From Isurus oxyrinchus (taxonomy: Eukaryota), in NCBI GenBank assembly GCA_026770705.1, contig JANJGN010001481.1, positions 62,001 to 126,000 of the forward strand: a DNA stretch of 64,000 bases, given 5' to 3'. The position numbers and the translations under genes were made by a program. The notes under the pieces are model-generated. The model worked only from the letters and a program-made list of their open reading frames with translations. It was not told the origin of the DNA and did not search any database. How positions within the stretch are numbered: position 1 is the first letter of the stretch; every line of letters starts with the position of its first letter. Below, piece after piece: positions 10,165-23,365 of this stretch.

Positions 10165-13100
10165 AGATCCCCAGAGGAGATGAGGTCAGTGACAGTCCTG
10201 GAAACAATGGCTTGATGTTCAGTGGTGGGGTCATGGTCCAGGGAGAGGTAGGAGGAAGTGTCTGCGAGTTGACGCTCAGCCTCCGCGAGGTAGAGGTCAG
10301 TGCGCCAGACAACAACAGCACCACCCTTGTCAGCGGGTTTGATGACAATGTCAGGGTTGGACCTGAGAGAATGGAGTGCAGTAAGTTCAGAGAGAGACAG
10401 GTTAGAATGGGTGAGAGGAGCAGAGACATTGAGACGACGAATGTCGCGCCGACAGTTCTCAATGAAAAGATCAAGAGAAGGTAAGAATCCAGAGGGAGGC
10501 GTCCAGGTGGAGGGAGAATATTGGAGGTGGGTAAAAGGATCCGTTGAACTGGGAGAGGACTCCTGCCCAAAGAAGTGAGCCCGGAGATGAAGACGGTGGA
10601 AGAAGAGTTCAGCATCATGCTAAGCCCGAAATTCATTGAGGTGAGGGCGTAAGGGTATGAAACTAAGTCCTTTGCTGAGCACTGAACGTTCAGCATCGGA
10701 GAGGGGAAGGTCAGGGGGTATAGTGAATACACGGCTGGGGCTGGGATTGGAAGATGGGGTGGGGATGGAGGGACAGGCTGGGGTGGAGGGTCCTAGATGG
10801 CTGTGGGTGTCGATGAGTTGTTGGAGCTTGCGTTCCTTAGCACTTGAGAGAAAGAGAAAAAGTTTCTTGTTGAGGCATCGGATAGGACGAAGAATAAAAT
10901 GAAACTGGGGGCATGCGCAGCTTTGAAAAAGGGTACGGCGGTGCTGCTGGAGGGAGAGGTCGTGTGTGTTCATATGGCGGCGCATGGCACTGAGTGTGGA
11001 TTTCAGAATGTGATGGGAACACCAGTCCGAGAAACGTTTTATGTCCCGGAAATATCTCTAATCCTGGGTGGGTTCGAAACCTTGAGGGGTGGAATTTCAG
11101 TTGAAATCCACGTGAGGTAATTCAGAAATGGAGACAGTCACTGAGAAAGGAGATATGGCTGTGAAAGCGGGTTTTAATAAACACCTTGTCAAACACCAGG
11201 AGAGAAATGGAAAGCAATGAAGGTGAACAAGGCAAAAGAGAGATATGGACATCATGTCGCAGAGACGAACAGAACTTCTTCAAGGAGGTAGGCATTTCTG
11301 GAAGAGCAGGGGCAGTCAATTAATCACAGATAAAAACAAAAAAACTGCGGATGCTGGAAATCCAAAACAAGAACAGAATTACCTGGAAAAACTCAGCAGG
11401 TCTGGCAGGATCAGCAGAGAAGAAAAGAATTGATGTTTCGAGTCCTCATGACCCTTCGACAGAACTAGGTGAATCCAAGGAAGGGGTGAAATATCAGCTG
11501 GTTTAAGGTGGGGGTGGGGTGGGGGTGAGAAGTGGAGGGGGTGGTGTGGTTGTAGGGACATTAAGCAGTGATAGAAGCAGATCAACAAAAGATGTCACAG
11601 ACAACAGAACAAAAGAACACATAGGTATTAAAGTTGGTGATATTATCTAAACGAATGTGCTAATTAAGAATGGATGGTAGGGCAATCAAGGTACAGCTCT
11701 AGTGGGGGTGGAGGGAGCATAAAAGATTTAAAAATATTTAAAAATAATGGAAATAGCTGGTAAAAAGACAAATCTATATAATTTATTGGAAAAAAAAATG
11801 AAGGGGGAAGAAACAGAAAGGGGGTGGGGATAGAGGAGGGAGTTCCAGACCTAAAGTTGTTGAATTCAATATTCAGACCGGAAGGCTGTAAGGTGCCTAG
11901 TCGGAAGATGAGGTGTTGTTCCTCCAGTTTGCGTTGGGCTTCACTGGAACAATGCAGCAAGCCAAGGACAGACATGTGGGCAAGAGAGCAGGGTGGAGTG
12001 TTAAAATGGCAAGCGGCAGGGAGGTTTGGGTCATTCTTGCGGACAGACCGCAGGTGTTCTGCAAAGCGGTCGCCCAGTTTACGTTTGGTCTCTCCAATGT
12101 AGAGGAGACCACATTGGGAACAACGAATGCAGTAGACTAAGTTGGGGGAAATGCAAGTGAAATGCTGCTTCACTTGAAAGGAGTGTTTGGCCCTTGGACG
12201 GTGAGGAGAGAGGAAGTGAAGGGGCAGGTGTTACATCTTTTGTGTGGGCATGGGGTGGTGCCATAGGAGGGGGTTGAGGAGTAGGGGGTGATGGAGGAGT
12301 GGACCAGGGTGTCCCGGAGGGAACAATCCCTGCGGAATGCCACCGTGGGAGTGAAAGTGAAGATGTGTTTGGTGGTGGCATCATGCTGGAGTTGGCGGAA
12401 ATGGCGGAGGATGATCCTTTGAATGCGGAGTCTGGTGGTGTGATAAGTGAGGACAAGGGGGACCCTATCATGTTTCTGGGAGGGAGGAGAAGGCGTGAGG
12501 GCGGATGCGCGGGAGATGGGCCGGACACGGTTGAGGGCCCTGTCAACGACCGTGGGTGGAAAACCTCGGTTAAGGAAGAAGGAGGACATGTCAGAGGAAC
12601 CGTTTTTGAAAGTAGCATCATCGGAACAGATGCGACGGAGGCGAAGGAACTGAGAGAATGGGATGGAGTCCTTACAGGAAGCGGGGTGTGAGGAGCTGTA
12701 GTCGAGGTAGCTGTGGGAGTAGGTCGGTTTCTAATGGATATTGGTGGACAGTCTATCACCAGAGATTGAGACAGAGAGGTCAAGGAAGGGAAAGGAAGTG
12801 TCAGAGATGGACCACGTGAAAATGATGGAGGGATGGAGATTGGAAGCAAAATTAATAAATTTTTCCAAGTCCAGACGAGCACTTGAAGCAGCACCGAAGT
12901 AATCATCGATGTACCGGAGAAAAAGTTGTGGAAGGGGGCCGGAGTAGGACTGGAACAAGGAATGTTCCACATACCCCATAAAGAGACAGGCATAGCTGGG
13001 GCCCATGTGGGTACCCATAGCCACACCTTTTATTTGGAGGAAGTGAGAGGAGTTGAAGGAGAAATTGTTCTGTGTGAGAACAAGTTCAGCCAGACGGAGG

Positions 13101-13642
13101 AGAGTAGTGGTGGATGGGGATTGTTCGGGCCTCTGTTCGAGGAAGAAGCTAAGGGCTCTCAGACCATCCTGGTGGGGGATGGAGGTGTAGAGGGATTGGA
13201 CGTCCATGGTGAAGAGGAAGCGGTTGGGGCCATGGAACTGGAAATTGTTGATGTGACATAAGGTGTCAGAGGAATCACGGATGTAGGTGGGAAGGGACTG
13301 GACAAGGGGAGAGAGAAGGGAGTCAAGATAACGAGAAATGAGTTCTGTGGGGCAGGAACAAGCTGAGACGATCGGTCTACCGGGACAGTTCTGTTTGTGG
13401 ATTTTGGGTAGGAGATAGAAGCGGGCCGTCCAAGGTTGGGCAACTATCAGGTTGGAAGCTGTGGGAGGGAGATCCCCAGAGGAGATGAGGTCAGTGACAG
13501 TCCTGGAAACAATGGCTTGATGTTCAGTGGTGGGGTCATGGTCCAGGGAGCGGTAGGAGGAAGTGTCTGCGAGTTGACGCTCAGCCTCTGTGAGGTAGAG
13601 GTCAGTGCGCCAGACAACAACAGCACCACCCATGTCAGCGGG
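10165..13642 (-). mobile_element. Circularly permuted Penelope-like element P1 (RT-EN, UTR, then N-terminal part), disrupted
   Basis: ORF pieces at 12731-13912, 12170-12589, 11664-12173, 11122-11319 and 10620-10985. Nonsense codon after STNIH. Confidence 0.92.
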
Positions 13643-14586
13643 AAGGGAGGAGTGGAAGGAGGGGGGATGGAGAAGGGGAGGGGGAGGGGGGAGGGAGTGG
13701 GGGGAGGGTGCAGTGAGTTGGGGAATGGGGGGAGTGAGTGGGGGCAGTGGGAGGGAGGGTGAGTGGTTGGAGGGGGTAGGGGGGACTGGGGGGTGGGGGG
13801 GTGGGGTGAGTGGGGAGGGGGGAGTGGGGGGTGGGGGAATGGGGGGTGTAGAGAGAGAGAGAGAGTTTGCTAGTTTCCCTCCAGCCTGTGTATGAAGATT
13901 TGCTTCACACAAACCTCCCCGAAAGGACTTGCGCTTCTTATTTGAAGTGTTAACGCGCCAGCTTATATCTCATTTGGAAGGTGATTATTATTCTGGTTGG
14001 ATTTGTTAATATTATTTTTGATTGGCCAGCTGGATTTTACCATTTCACAATGAGGTAATTTGGTAAAGGAGAGAGAGCGGTTAATGATGGATTCTTCATG
14101 GAGATTTGGAGCTGACCAGCTCACAGCCCTATCAGGACTGGCTCCTGGTTTCATGTCCGAGTCCCTGTGAACACCAGCAGCGCAGGGACAAGCCGCAGTG
14201 TCTGTGGGAACATTGGAAAAGCACAGATTAGGCACTGCTGGAATGAGATGAACTCTCAGAACAGTTTCAGATAGGTGCGATAGGCCGGGGGGAGGGCGCT
14301 GCCCTGTATAATCCGCCGCTTATTCCAGCCTCTTTGTTTTTATTGGTCTTCATTATGGAAAGGATTTGCTGTGGGAGGTAGGTTTGGACTTGTCATTCAG
14401 GTCAGACTGAAAGGCATTGGGACATTTTATCCACTGGGAAGGTTGCAGTAAAAACCACATAGATCTTCACCAATATCCAGGTGGTTGCAGGACCACCACT
14501 TACTGGAGTTTACAGAGGTTTTAGCTCCCAGTAGAACAGAGTGGGGATGTTTTTGAACAAGATCTACACCTGTTTGAGTCTCTGTG

Positions 14587-15516
14587 TTCACCAGCAGCGC
14601 AGTAATAAACCGCAGTGTCAGTCAGCTCCACGCTCAGTATTTTCAGGCTGCACCACTTGGTGTTGTGTCTTGTCACTTCAAACCTCTGCTTGAACCCCTC
14701 TTCAGGCCTGGGCTCTGAGGTACCCACCGAGGTGACCATGAGCTGCAGCCCTGCTCCGGGGTGCTGCCGATACCAGTACATGTAGGTCTCGCTGGTATCG
14801 TTCTGGTAACAGCCCATCTCCACCGTGTCCCCCTCTCTAACGGACAGACGGCTCGGCCACTGGGAAACCAGGGCGCTCCTGCAGGAGGCTGAGGAGGGAG
14901 GTGAGAGACAGAGCGGATCAGAAATGAACTGGCACCATCAGGAGGTGGAGAAAGCTATTGTCGAATCTCACAGCGCAGCTCTCGGTCGCTCAGCTCCCTT
15001 CACCCAGAAACAGAACCATAATGTCTGGGTGCCCAGTGTCGCCCCAGCTCAGTGGTAGCGGCGCTCTCTGGAGATACTTGTCCTGGGTGCAGATTTGTGT
15101 GCAATACTCCTGCCCAGCAGCTTCCCATACCCCACACCGCTAACTCTGCCGCGTTCGCCGCGCCCCACACACTTTAACTCTCCAGTGAGACGGACTCTTC
15201 CTGCTCAGTGAGGCTGCTCACCTCCCCAGCTCGGCTGCCAAGGGGCTTTGCATTTGTATGTAGTCCTATCCCCTTTCCCTCAACCCTTTGTCCAGCAGAT
15301 ATTCCCCGCCCGTCTATTGTTCCCAGTTACTTTGGCAGAATGCAACTTCCGCACTATGACTGGCAACACCGAGCTCAACAATATCCAATTCTACAAATGA
15401 TCCAACTGAATGAATTGTCGCTTCAGCAACAGGAAGCCCATTCCCCCTTACAAATATTCATTGTAACCTGGTAGCAGCAGCAGCAACAGTGCAGAGAGAT
15501 TCACTGTCCAGCCCAT
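14587..15516 (-). CDS. TCR V gene segment V2, type A (leader 15468-15516, V exon 14587-14888)
   Basis: Intact frame. CDR1 TSETY, CDR2 GTSEPRP, HV4 FEVTRHNTKW, 23-RSS. Confidence 0.92.
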
Positions 15517-16765
15517 GATGCGGGACTTTCACACGCTCTCTCAAACTCGCAGCTTCGCCCGCTTTCACAGACTGGAGTTATACTGCCGCTGCGCCTCGTG
15601 ATATGGCTGCGTGCGGAAGTGATGTCATTGGAAGCTCCCTCAACAGGACAGGTCCTTGCTGACCAAAGCACAGCAGGTGGCCCTTCCGTAGCCGGCCAGG
15701 TGAGAAGGATGAATATCCAGCTCTGACTGCCATGTGGAAATTGGATCCATGGCCGGAATTTACTCAGGGGCTTTTGTTTCCTTATTTGTTCCCGGGATGT
15801 GGCCTTCACTGGCCCAGCCCAGCAATTATAGCCCGTTCCTAACTGGGAAGGAATGTTCCAGTCAAAGCGCCCTAGGAAGGTCCTGCCTCGGTTGTTGAAT
15901 GTCGCCCCGCCTTTCGCTTGGCTGTGGAAGTGGCTGCATATCATGGAGGTCCAGAGAAAACCCCCTCCCCCATTGTCCCTCCAAACAAGGCAGATGACTC
16001 TTTCCTGCCTGGTCACTGGCTGGGGTTAACAATACAGGTGGTCAGGCTGCCTGGCAATGTGCATTGTGTTACAGATGATTGGTTGCAAAGATTGGAACCA
16101 GTTGGCCGCATGTGGCCTGTGGAGAGATAGTTCATGTGGAAACCCTGTCCAATCCTCTCGAGTTGGTCTCATGTCTCCACTCGGCAGCTCAGGCTCTCTG
16201 CACAGGGAACTGACTTTGACATCCCATAACAAGCTATTGCTCTTACCCGACAGTATAAGTAGCAGCGAGGAAACACGGACAGCCATTATTCAGCCAGATC
16301 AAGCTGAGGGCCGATCTGATAGATATGTTCCACATTAGGGCCATGGTTAGATTTGGGACTGAAGCTTTTCCCCTTGACAATAATCTAAGGGAACGGGGGT
16401 CGCCGATTAAAGTGGATTCATAAACGGCCGACAGGGGAGATTCAGGTGATTTTTAATTCTAACTGATTGTGTTATTAAGAGGTTACAGGAAGCAGATACA
16501 GCGGGAACTTTGAGAAGAGATTTGAATGGAACATTATTTCCCTGTCGCTTTGAGGGAATGGAATTACTGAGAAGGGATATGAAGCAGTTTGAACTGAACA
16601 CTGTCCCCGTGTTAACCTTCATCTTTCACTCGAGCTAATTCCCTCCGCTTTGGGAGGTGCTGAGTTTGGGGTTCCGAACTGTTGAGAAGCTGAGACATTG
16701 TTCTAGCCAGTCACAATCTTGTGGGAAATCGGACACCCTTCATCAATGATCTGGTGACTTTTACC

Positions 16766-19700
16766 AGATCCCCAGAGGAGATGAGGTCAGTGACAGTCCT
16801 GGAAACAATGGCTTGATGTTCAGTGGTGGGGTCATGGTCCAGGGAGAGGTAGGAGGAAGTGTCTGCGAGTTGACGCTCAGCCTCCGCGAGGTAGAGGTCA
16901 GTGCGCCAGACAACAACAGCACCACCCTTGTCAGCGGGTTTGATGACAATGTCAGGGTTGGACCTGAGAGAATGGAGTGCAGTAAGTTCAGAGAGAGACA
17001 GGTTAGAATGGGTGAGAGGAGCAGAGACATTGAGACGACTAATGTCGCGCCGACTGTTCTCAATGAAAAGTTCAAGAGAAAGTAAGAATCCAGAGGGAGG
17101 AGTCCAGGTGGAGGGAGAATATTGGAGGTGGGTGGAAGGATCCATTGAATGGGGAGAGGACTCCTGCCCAAAGAAGTGAGCCCGGAGACGAAGACGGCGG
17201 AAGAAGAGTTCAGCATCGTGCCAAGCCCGAAATTCATTGCGGTGAGGGCGTAAGGGTATGACACTAAGTCCTTTGCTGAGCACTGAACGTTCAGCATCGG
17301 AGAGGGGAAGGTCAGGGGTATAGTGAATACACGGCTGGGCTTGGGATTGGAAGATGGGGTGGGGACGGATGGACGGGCAGGGGTGGAGGGTCCTAGATGG
17401 CTGTGACGGTCGATGAGTTGTTGGAGCTTGCATTCCTTAGCACTTGAGAGAAAGAGAAAAAGTTTCTTGTTGAGGCATCGGATAGGACGAAGAATAAAAT
17501 GAAACTGGGGGCACGCGCAACTTTGAAAAAGGGTACGGCGGTGCTGCTGGAGGGAGAGGTCGTGTGTGTTCATATGGCGGCGCATGGCACTGAGTGTGGA
17601 TTTCAGAATGTGACGGGAACACCAGTCTGAGAAACGTTTTATGTCCCGGAAATATCTCTAATCCTGGGTGGGTTCGAAATCATGAGGGGTGGAATTTCAG
17701 TTGAAATCCACGTGGGGTAATTCGGAGACGGAGACAGTCACTGAGAAAGGAGATATGGCTGTGAAAGCGGGTTTTAATAAACACCTTGTCAAACACCAGG
17801 AGAGAAATGGAAAGCAATGAAGGTGAACAAGGCAACAGAGAGATATGTACATCGTGTCGCAGAGACGAACAGAACTTCTTCAAGGAGGTAGGCATTTCTG
17901 GAAGAGCAGGGGCAGTCAATTAATCACAGATAAAAACAAAAAACTGCCAGCATCGGGGGAGTAGAAAAGAGTTGACGTTTCGAGTCCTCATGACCCTTCG
18001 ACAGAACTAGGTGAATCCAAGGAAGGGGTGAAATATAAGCTGGTTTAAGATGGGGGTGGGGGGTTGGGGGGAGAGGTGTGGGTTGGGTGGGGGGAGAGAA
18101 GTGGAGGGGGGTGGTGTGGTTGTAGGGACAAACAAGCAGCGATTGAAGCAGATCAACAAAAGATGTCACAGACAACAGAACAAAAGAACACATAGGTATT
18201 AAAGTTGGTGATATTATCTAAACGAATGTGCTAATTAAGAATGGATGGTAGGGCACTCAAGGTACAGCTCTAGTGGGGGTGGGGGGAGCATAAAAGATTT
18301 AAAAATATTTAAAAATAATGGAAATAGCTGGTAAAAAGACAAATCTATATAATTTATTGGAAAAAAAAACAAAAGGAAGTGGGAAGAAACAGAAAGGGGG
18401 TGGGGATGGGGGAGGGAGCTCACAACCTAAAGTTGTTGAATTCAATATTCAGACCGGAAGGCTGTAAGGTGCCTAGTCGGAAGATGAGGTGTTGTTCCTC
18501 CAGTTTGCGTTGGGCTTCACTGGAACAATGCAGCAAGCCAAGGACAGACATGTGGGCAATAGAGCAGGGTGGAGTGTTGAAATGGCAAGCGACAGGGAGG
18601 TTTGGGTCATTCTTGCGGACAGACCGCAGGTGTTCTGCAAAGCGGTCGCCCAGTTTACGTTTGGTCTCTCCAATGTAGAGGAGACCACATTGGGAGCAAC
18701 GAATGCAGTAGACTAAGTTGGGGGAAATGCAAGTGAAATGCTGCTTCACTTGAAAGGAGTGTTTGGGCCCTTGGACGGTGAGGAGAGAGGAAGTGAAGGG
18801 GCAGGTGTTACAATTTTTGCGTGGGCATGGGGTGGACCCATAGGAGGGGGTTGAGGAGTAGGGGGTGATGGAGGAGTGGACCAGGGTGTCCCGGAGGGAA
18901 CAATCCCTGCGGAATGCCACCGTGGGAGTGAAAGTGAAGATGTGTTTGGTGGGGGCATCATGCTGGAGTTGGCGGAAATGGCGGAGGATGATCCTTTGAA
19001 TGTGGAGGCTGGTGGGGTGATAAGTGAGGACAAGGGGGACACTATCATGTTTCTGGGAGGGAGGAGAAGGTGTGAGGGTGGATGCGCGGGAGATGGGCCG
19101 GACACGCTTGAGGGCCCTGTCAACAACAGTGGGTGGAAAACCTCGGTTAAGGAAGAAGGAGGACATGTCAGAGGAACTGTTTTTGAAGGTAGCATCATCG
19201 GAACAGATGCGACGAAGGCGAAGGAACTGGGAGAATGGGATCGAGTCCTTACAGGAAGCGGGGTGTGAGGAGCTGTAGTCAAGGTAGCTGTGGGAGTCGG
19301 TGGGTTTGTAATGGATATTGGTGGACAGTCTATCACCAGAGATTGAGACAGAGAGGTCAAGGAAGGGAAGGGAAGTGTCAGAGATGGACCACGTGAAAAT
19401 GATGGAGGGGTGGAGATTGGAAGCAAAATTAATAAATTTTTCCAAGTCCCGACGAGAGCTTGAAGCAGCACCGAAGTAATCATCGATGTACCGGAGAAAG
19501 AGTTGTGGAAGGGGGCCGGAGTAGGACTGCAACAAGAAATGTTCCACATACCCCATAAAGAGACAGGCATAGCTGGGGCCCATGCGGGTACCCATAGCCA
19601 CACCTTTTATTTGGAGGAAGTGAGAGGAGTTGAAGGAGAAATTGTTCAGTGTGAGAACAAGTTCAGCCAGACGGAGGAGAGTAGTGGTGGATGGGGATTG

Positions 19701-20219
19701 TTCGGGCCTCTGTTCGAGGAAGAAGCTAAGGGCCCTCAGACCATCCTGGTGGGGGATGGAGGTGTAGAGGGATTGGACGTCCATGGTGAAGAGGAAGCGG
19801 TTCGGGGCAGGGAACTGGAAATTGTTGATGTGACGTAAGGTGTCAGAGGAATCACGGATGTAGGTGGGAAGGGACAGGACAAGGGGAGAGAGAAGGGAGT
19901 CAAGATAACGAGAAATGAGTTCTGTGGGGCAGGAGCAAGCTGAGACGATCGGTCTACCGGGGCAGTTCTGTTTGTGGATTTTGGGTAGGAGATAGAAGCG
20001 GGCCGTCCGAGGTTGGGCGACTATCAGGTTGGAAGCTGTGGGAGGGAGATCCCCAGAGGAGATGAGGTCAGTGACAGTCCTGGAAACAATGGCTTGATGT
20101 TCAGTGGTGGGGTCATGGTCCAGGGAGAGGTAGGAGGAAGTGTCTGCGAGTTGACGCAGAGCCTCTGTGAGGTAGAGGTCAGTGCGCCAGACAACAACAG
20201 CACCACCCATGTCAGCGGG
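16766..20219 (-). mobile_element. Circularly permuted Penelope-like element P2 with uninterrupted 596-aa RT + GIY-YIG ORF (18420-20210)
   Basis: All RT motifs, the Cys-rich linker CPRKNCNTC (Neptune-like) and the GIY-YIG domain lie in one frame. The N-terminal part at 16766-17919 is frameshifted. Confidence 0.94.
17970..18008 (-). ncRNA. Minimal type I hammerhead ribozyme motif in the PLE UTR; copies at 4752-4786, 11428-11466, 34882-34920, 41551-41589
   Basis: AGTT-CTGTCGA-A-GGGTC-ATGAG-GACTC-GAAAC-GTC-AACT. Helix I is AGTT/AACT, helix II is GGGTC/GACTC, with palindromic ACGT and a GUC cleavage triplet. The core reads CUGUCGA rather than CUGANGA. Confidence 0.65.
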
Positions 20220-21194
20220 AAGGGGGGAGTGGAAGGAGGGGGGACGGAGAAGGGGAGGGGGAGGGGGGAGGGAGTGGGGGCAGGGTGCAGTGAGTGGGAG
20301 AATGGGGAGAGTCAGTGGGGGCAGTGGGAGGGAGGGTGAGTGGTTGGAGGGGGTAGCAGGGACTGGGGGGTGGGGGAGGGGTGTGGGGGTATTGGGGGCA
20401 GTGGGGTGTGGGGGGAGTGGGGAGGGGGGAGTGGGGGGTGGGGGGAGTGGGGGGTGTAGAGAGAGAGAGAGAGTTTGCTAGTTTCCCTCCAGCCTGTGTA
20501 TGAAGATTTGCTTCACACAAACCTCCCCGAAAGGACTTGCGCTTCTTATTTGAAGTGTTAACGCGCCAGCTTATATCTCATTTGGAAGGTGATTATTATT
20601 CTGGTTTGATTTGTTAATATTATTTTTGATTGGCCAGCTGGATTTTACCATTTCACAATGAGGTAATTTGGTAAAGGAGAGAGAGCGGTTAATGATGGAT
20701 TCTTCATGGAGATTTGGAACTGACCAGCTCACAGCCCTATCAGGACTGGCTCCTGGTTTCATGTCCGAGTCCCTGTGAACACCAGCAGCGCAGGGACAAG
20801 CCGCAGTGTCTGTGGGAACATTGGAAAAGCACAGATTAGGCACTGCTGGAATGAGATGAAGCCTCAGAACAGTTTCAAATAGGTGCGATAAGCCGGGGGG
20901 AGGGGGCTGCCCTGTATAATCCGCCGCTTATTCCAGCCTCTTTGTTTTTATTGGTCTTCATTATGGAAAGGATTTGCTGTGGGAGGTAGGTTTGGACTTG
21001 TCATTCAGGTCAGACCGAGAGGCGTTGGGACATTTTATCCACTGGGAAGGTTGCAGTAAAAACCACATAGATCTTCACCAATATCCAGGTGGTTGCAGCA
21101 CCACCACTTACTGGAGTTTACAGAGGTTTTAGCTCCCAGTAGAACAGAGTGGGGATGTTTTTGAACAAGATCTACACCTGTTTGAGTCTCTGTG

Positions 21195-22124
21195 TTCACC
21201 AGCAGCGCAGTAATAAACCGCAGGGTCAGTCAGCTCCATGCTCAGTACTTTCAGGCTGCACAACTTAATCTCGGGTCTGGTGACATTAAACCTCTTCTTG
21301 AAACCATCTTCATAGGTGGGATTCGAACCAGTAACCGAGGTGACCATGAGCTGCAGCCCTGCTCCGGGGTGCTGCCGATACCAGTACATGTTGATATGCT
21401 CAGTGTCGTTCTGGTAACAGCCCATCTCCACCGTGTCCCCCTCTCTAACGGACAGACGGCTCGGCCACTGGGAAACCAGGGCGCTCCTGCAGGAGGCTGA
21501 GGAGGGAGGTGAGAGACAGAGCGGATCAGAAATGAACTGGCACCATCAGGATGTGGAGAAAGCTATTGTCGAATCTCACAGCGCAGCTCTCGGTCGCTCA
21601 GCTCCCTTCACCCAGAAACAGAACCATAATGTCTGGGTGCCCAGTGTCGCCCCAGCTCAGTGGTAGCGGCGCTCTCTGGAGATACTTGTCCTGGGTGCAG
21701 ATTTGTGTGCAATACTCCTGCCCAGCAGCTTCCCATACCCCACACCGCTAACTCTGCCGCGTTCGCCGCGCCCCACACACTTTAACTCTCCAGTGAGACG
21801 GAATCTTCCTGCTCAGTGAGGCTGCTCACCTCCCCAGCTCGGCTGCCAAGGGGCTTTGCATTTGTATGTAGTCCTATCCCCTTTCCCTCAACCCTTTGTC
21901 CAGCAGATATTCCCCGCCCGTCTATTGTTCCCAGTTACTTTGGCAGAATGCAACTTCCGCACTATGACTGGCAACACCGAGCTCAACAATATCCAATTCT
22001 ACAAATGATCCAACTGAATGAATTGTCGCTTCAGCAACAGGGAGCCCATTCCCCCTTACAAATATTCATTGTAACCTGGTAGCAGCAGCAGCAACAGTGG
22101 AGAGAGATTCACTGTCCAGCCCAT
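21195..22124 (-). CDS. TCR V gene segment V3, type A (leader 22076-22124, V exon 21195-21496)
   Basis: Intact. CDR1 TEHIN, CDR2 TGSNPTY, HV4 FNVTRPEIKL, 23-RSS. Confidence 0.92.
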
Positions 22125-23365
22125 GATGCGGGACTTTCACACGCTCTCTCAAACTCGCAGCTTCGCCCGCTTTCACAGACTGGAGTTATACTGCCGCTGC
22201 GCCTCGTGATATGGCTGCGTGCGGAAGTGATGTCATTGGAAGCTCCCTCAACAGGACAGGTCCTTGCTGACCAAAGCACAGCAGGTGGCCCTTCCGTAGC
22301 CGGCCAGGTGAGAAGGATGAATATCCAGCTCTGACTGCCATGTGGAAATTGGATCCATGGCCGGAATTTACTCAGGGGCTTTTGTTTCCTTATTTGTTCC
22401 CGGGATGTGGCCTTCACTGGCCCAGCCCAGCAATTATAGCCCGTTCCTAACTGGGAAGGAATGTTCCAGTCAAAGCGCCCTAGGAAGGTCCTGCCTCGGT
22501 TGTTGAATGTCGCCCCGCCTTTCGCTTGGCTGTGGAAGTGGCTGCATATCATGGAGGTCCAGAGAAAACCCCCTCCCCCATTGTCCCTCCAAACAAGGCA
22601 GATGACTCTTTCCTGCCTGGTCACTGGGTGGGGTTAACAATACAGGTGGTCAGGCTGCCTGGCAATGTGCATTGTGTTACAGATGATTGGTTGCAAAGAT
22701 TGGAACCAGTTGGCCGCATGTGGCCTGTGGAGAGATAGTTCATGTGGAAACCCTGTCCAATCCTCTCGAGTTGGTCTAATGTCTCCACTCGGCAGCTCAG
22801 GCTCTCTGCACAGGGAACTGACTTTGACGTCCCATAACAAGCTATTGCTCTTACCCGACAGTATAAGTAGCAGCGAGGAAACACGGACAGCCATTATTCA
22901 GCCAGATCAAGCTGAGTGCCGATCTGATAGATATGTTCCACATTAGGGCCATGGTTAGATTTGGGACTGAAGCGTTTCCCCTTGACAATAATCTAAGGGA
23001 ACGGGGGTCGCCGATTAAAGTGGATTCATAAACGGCCGACAGGGGAGATTCAGGTGATTTTTAATTCTAACTGATTGTGTTATTAAGAGGTTACAGGAAG
23101 CAGATTCAGCGGGAACTTTGAGAAGAGATTTGAATGGAACATTATTTCCCTGTCGCTTTGAGGGAATGGAATTACTGAGAAGGGATATGAAGCAGTTTGA
23201 ACTGAACACTGTCCCCGTGTTAACCTTCATCTTTCACTCGAGCTAATTCCCTCCGCTTTGGGAGGTGCTGAGTTTGGGGTTCCGAACTGTTGAGAAGCTG
23301 AGACATTGTTCTAGCCAGTCACAATCTTGTGGGAAATCGGACACCCTTCATCAATGATCTGGTGA

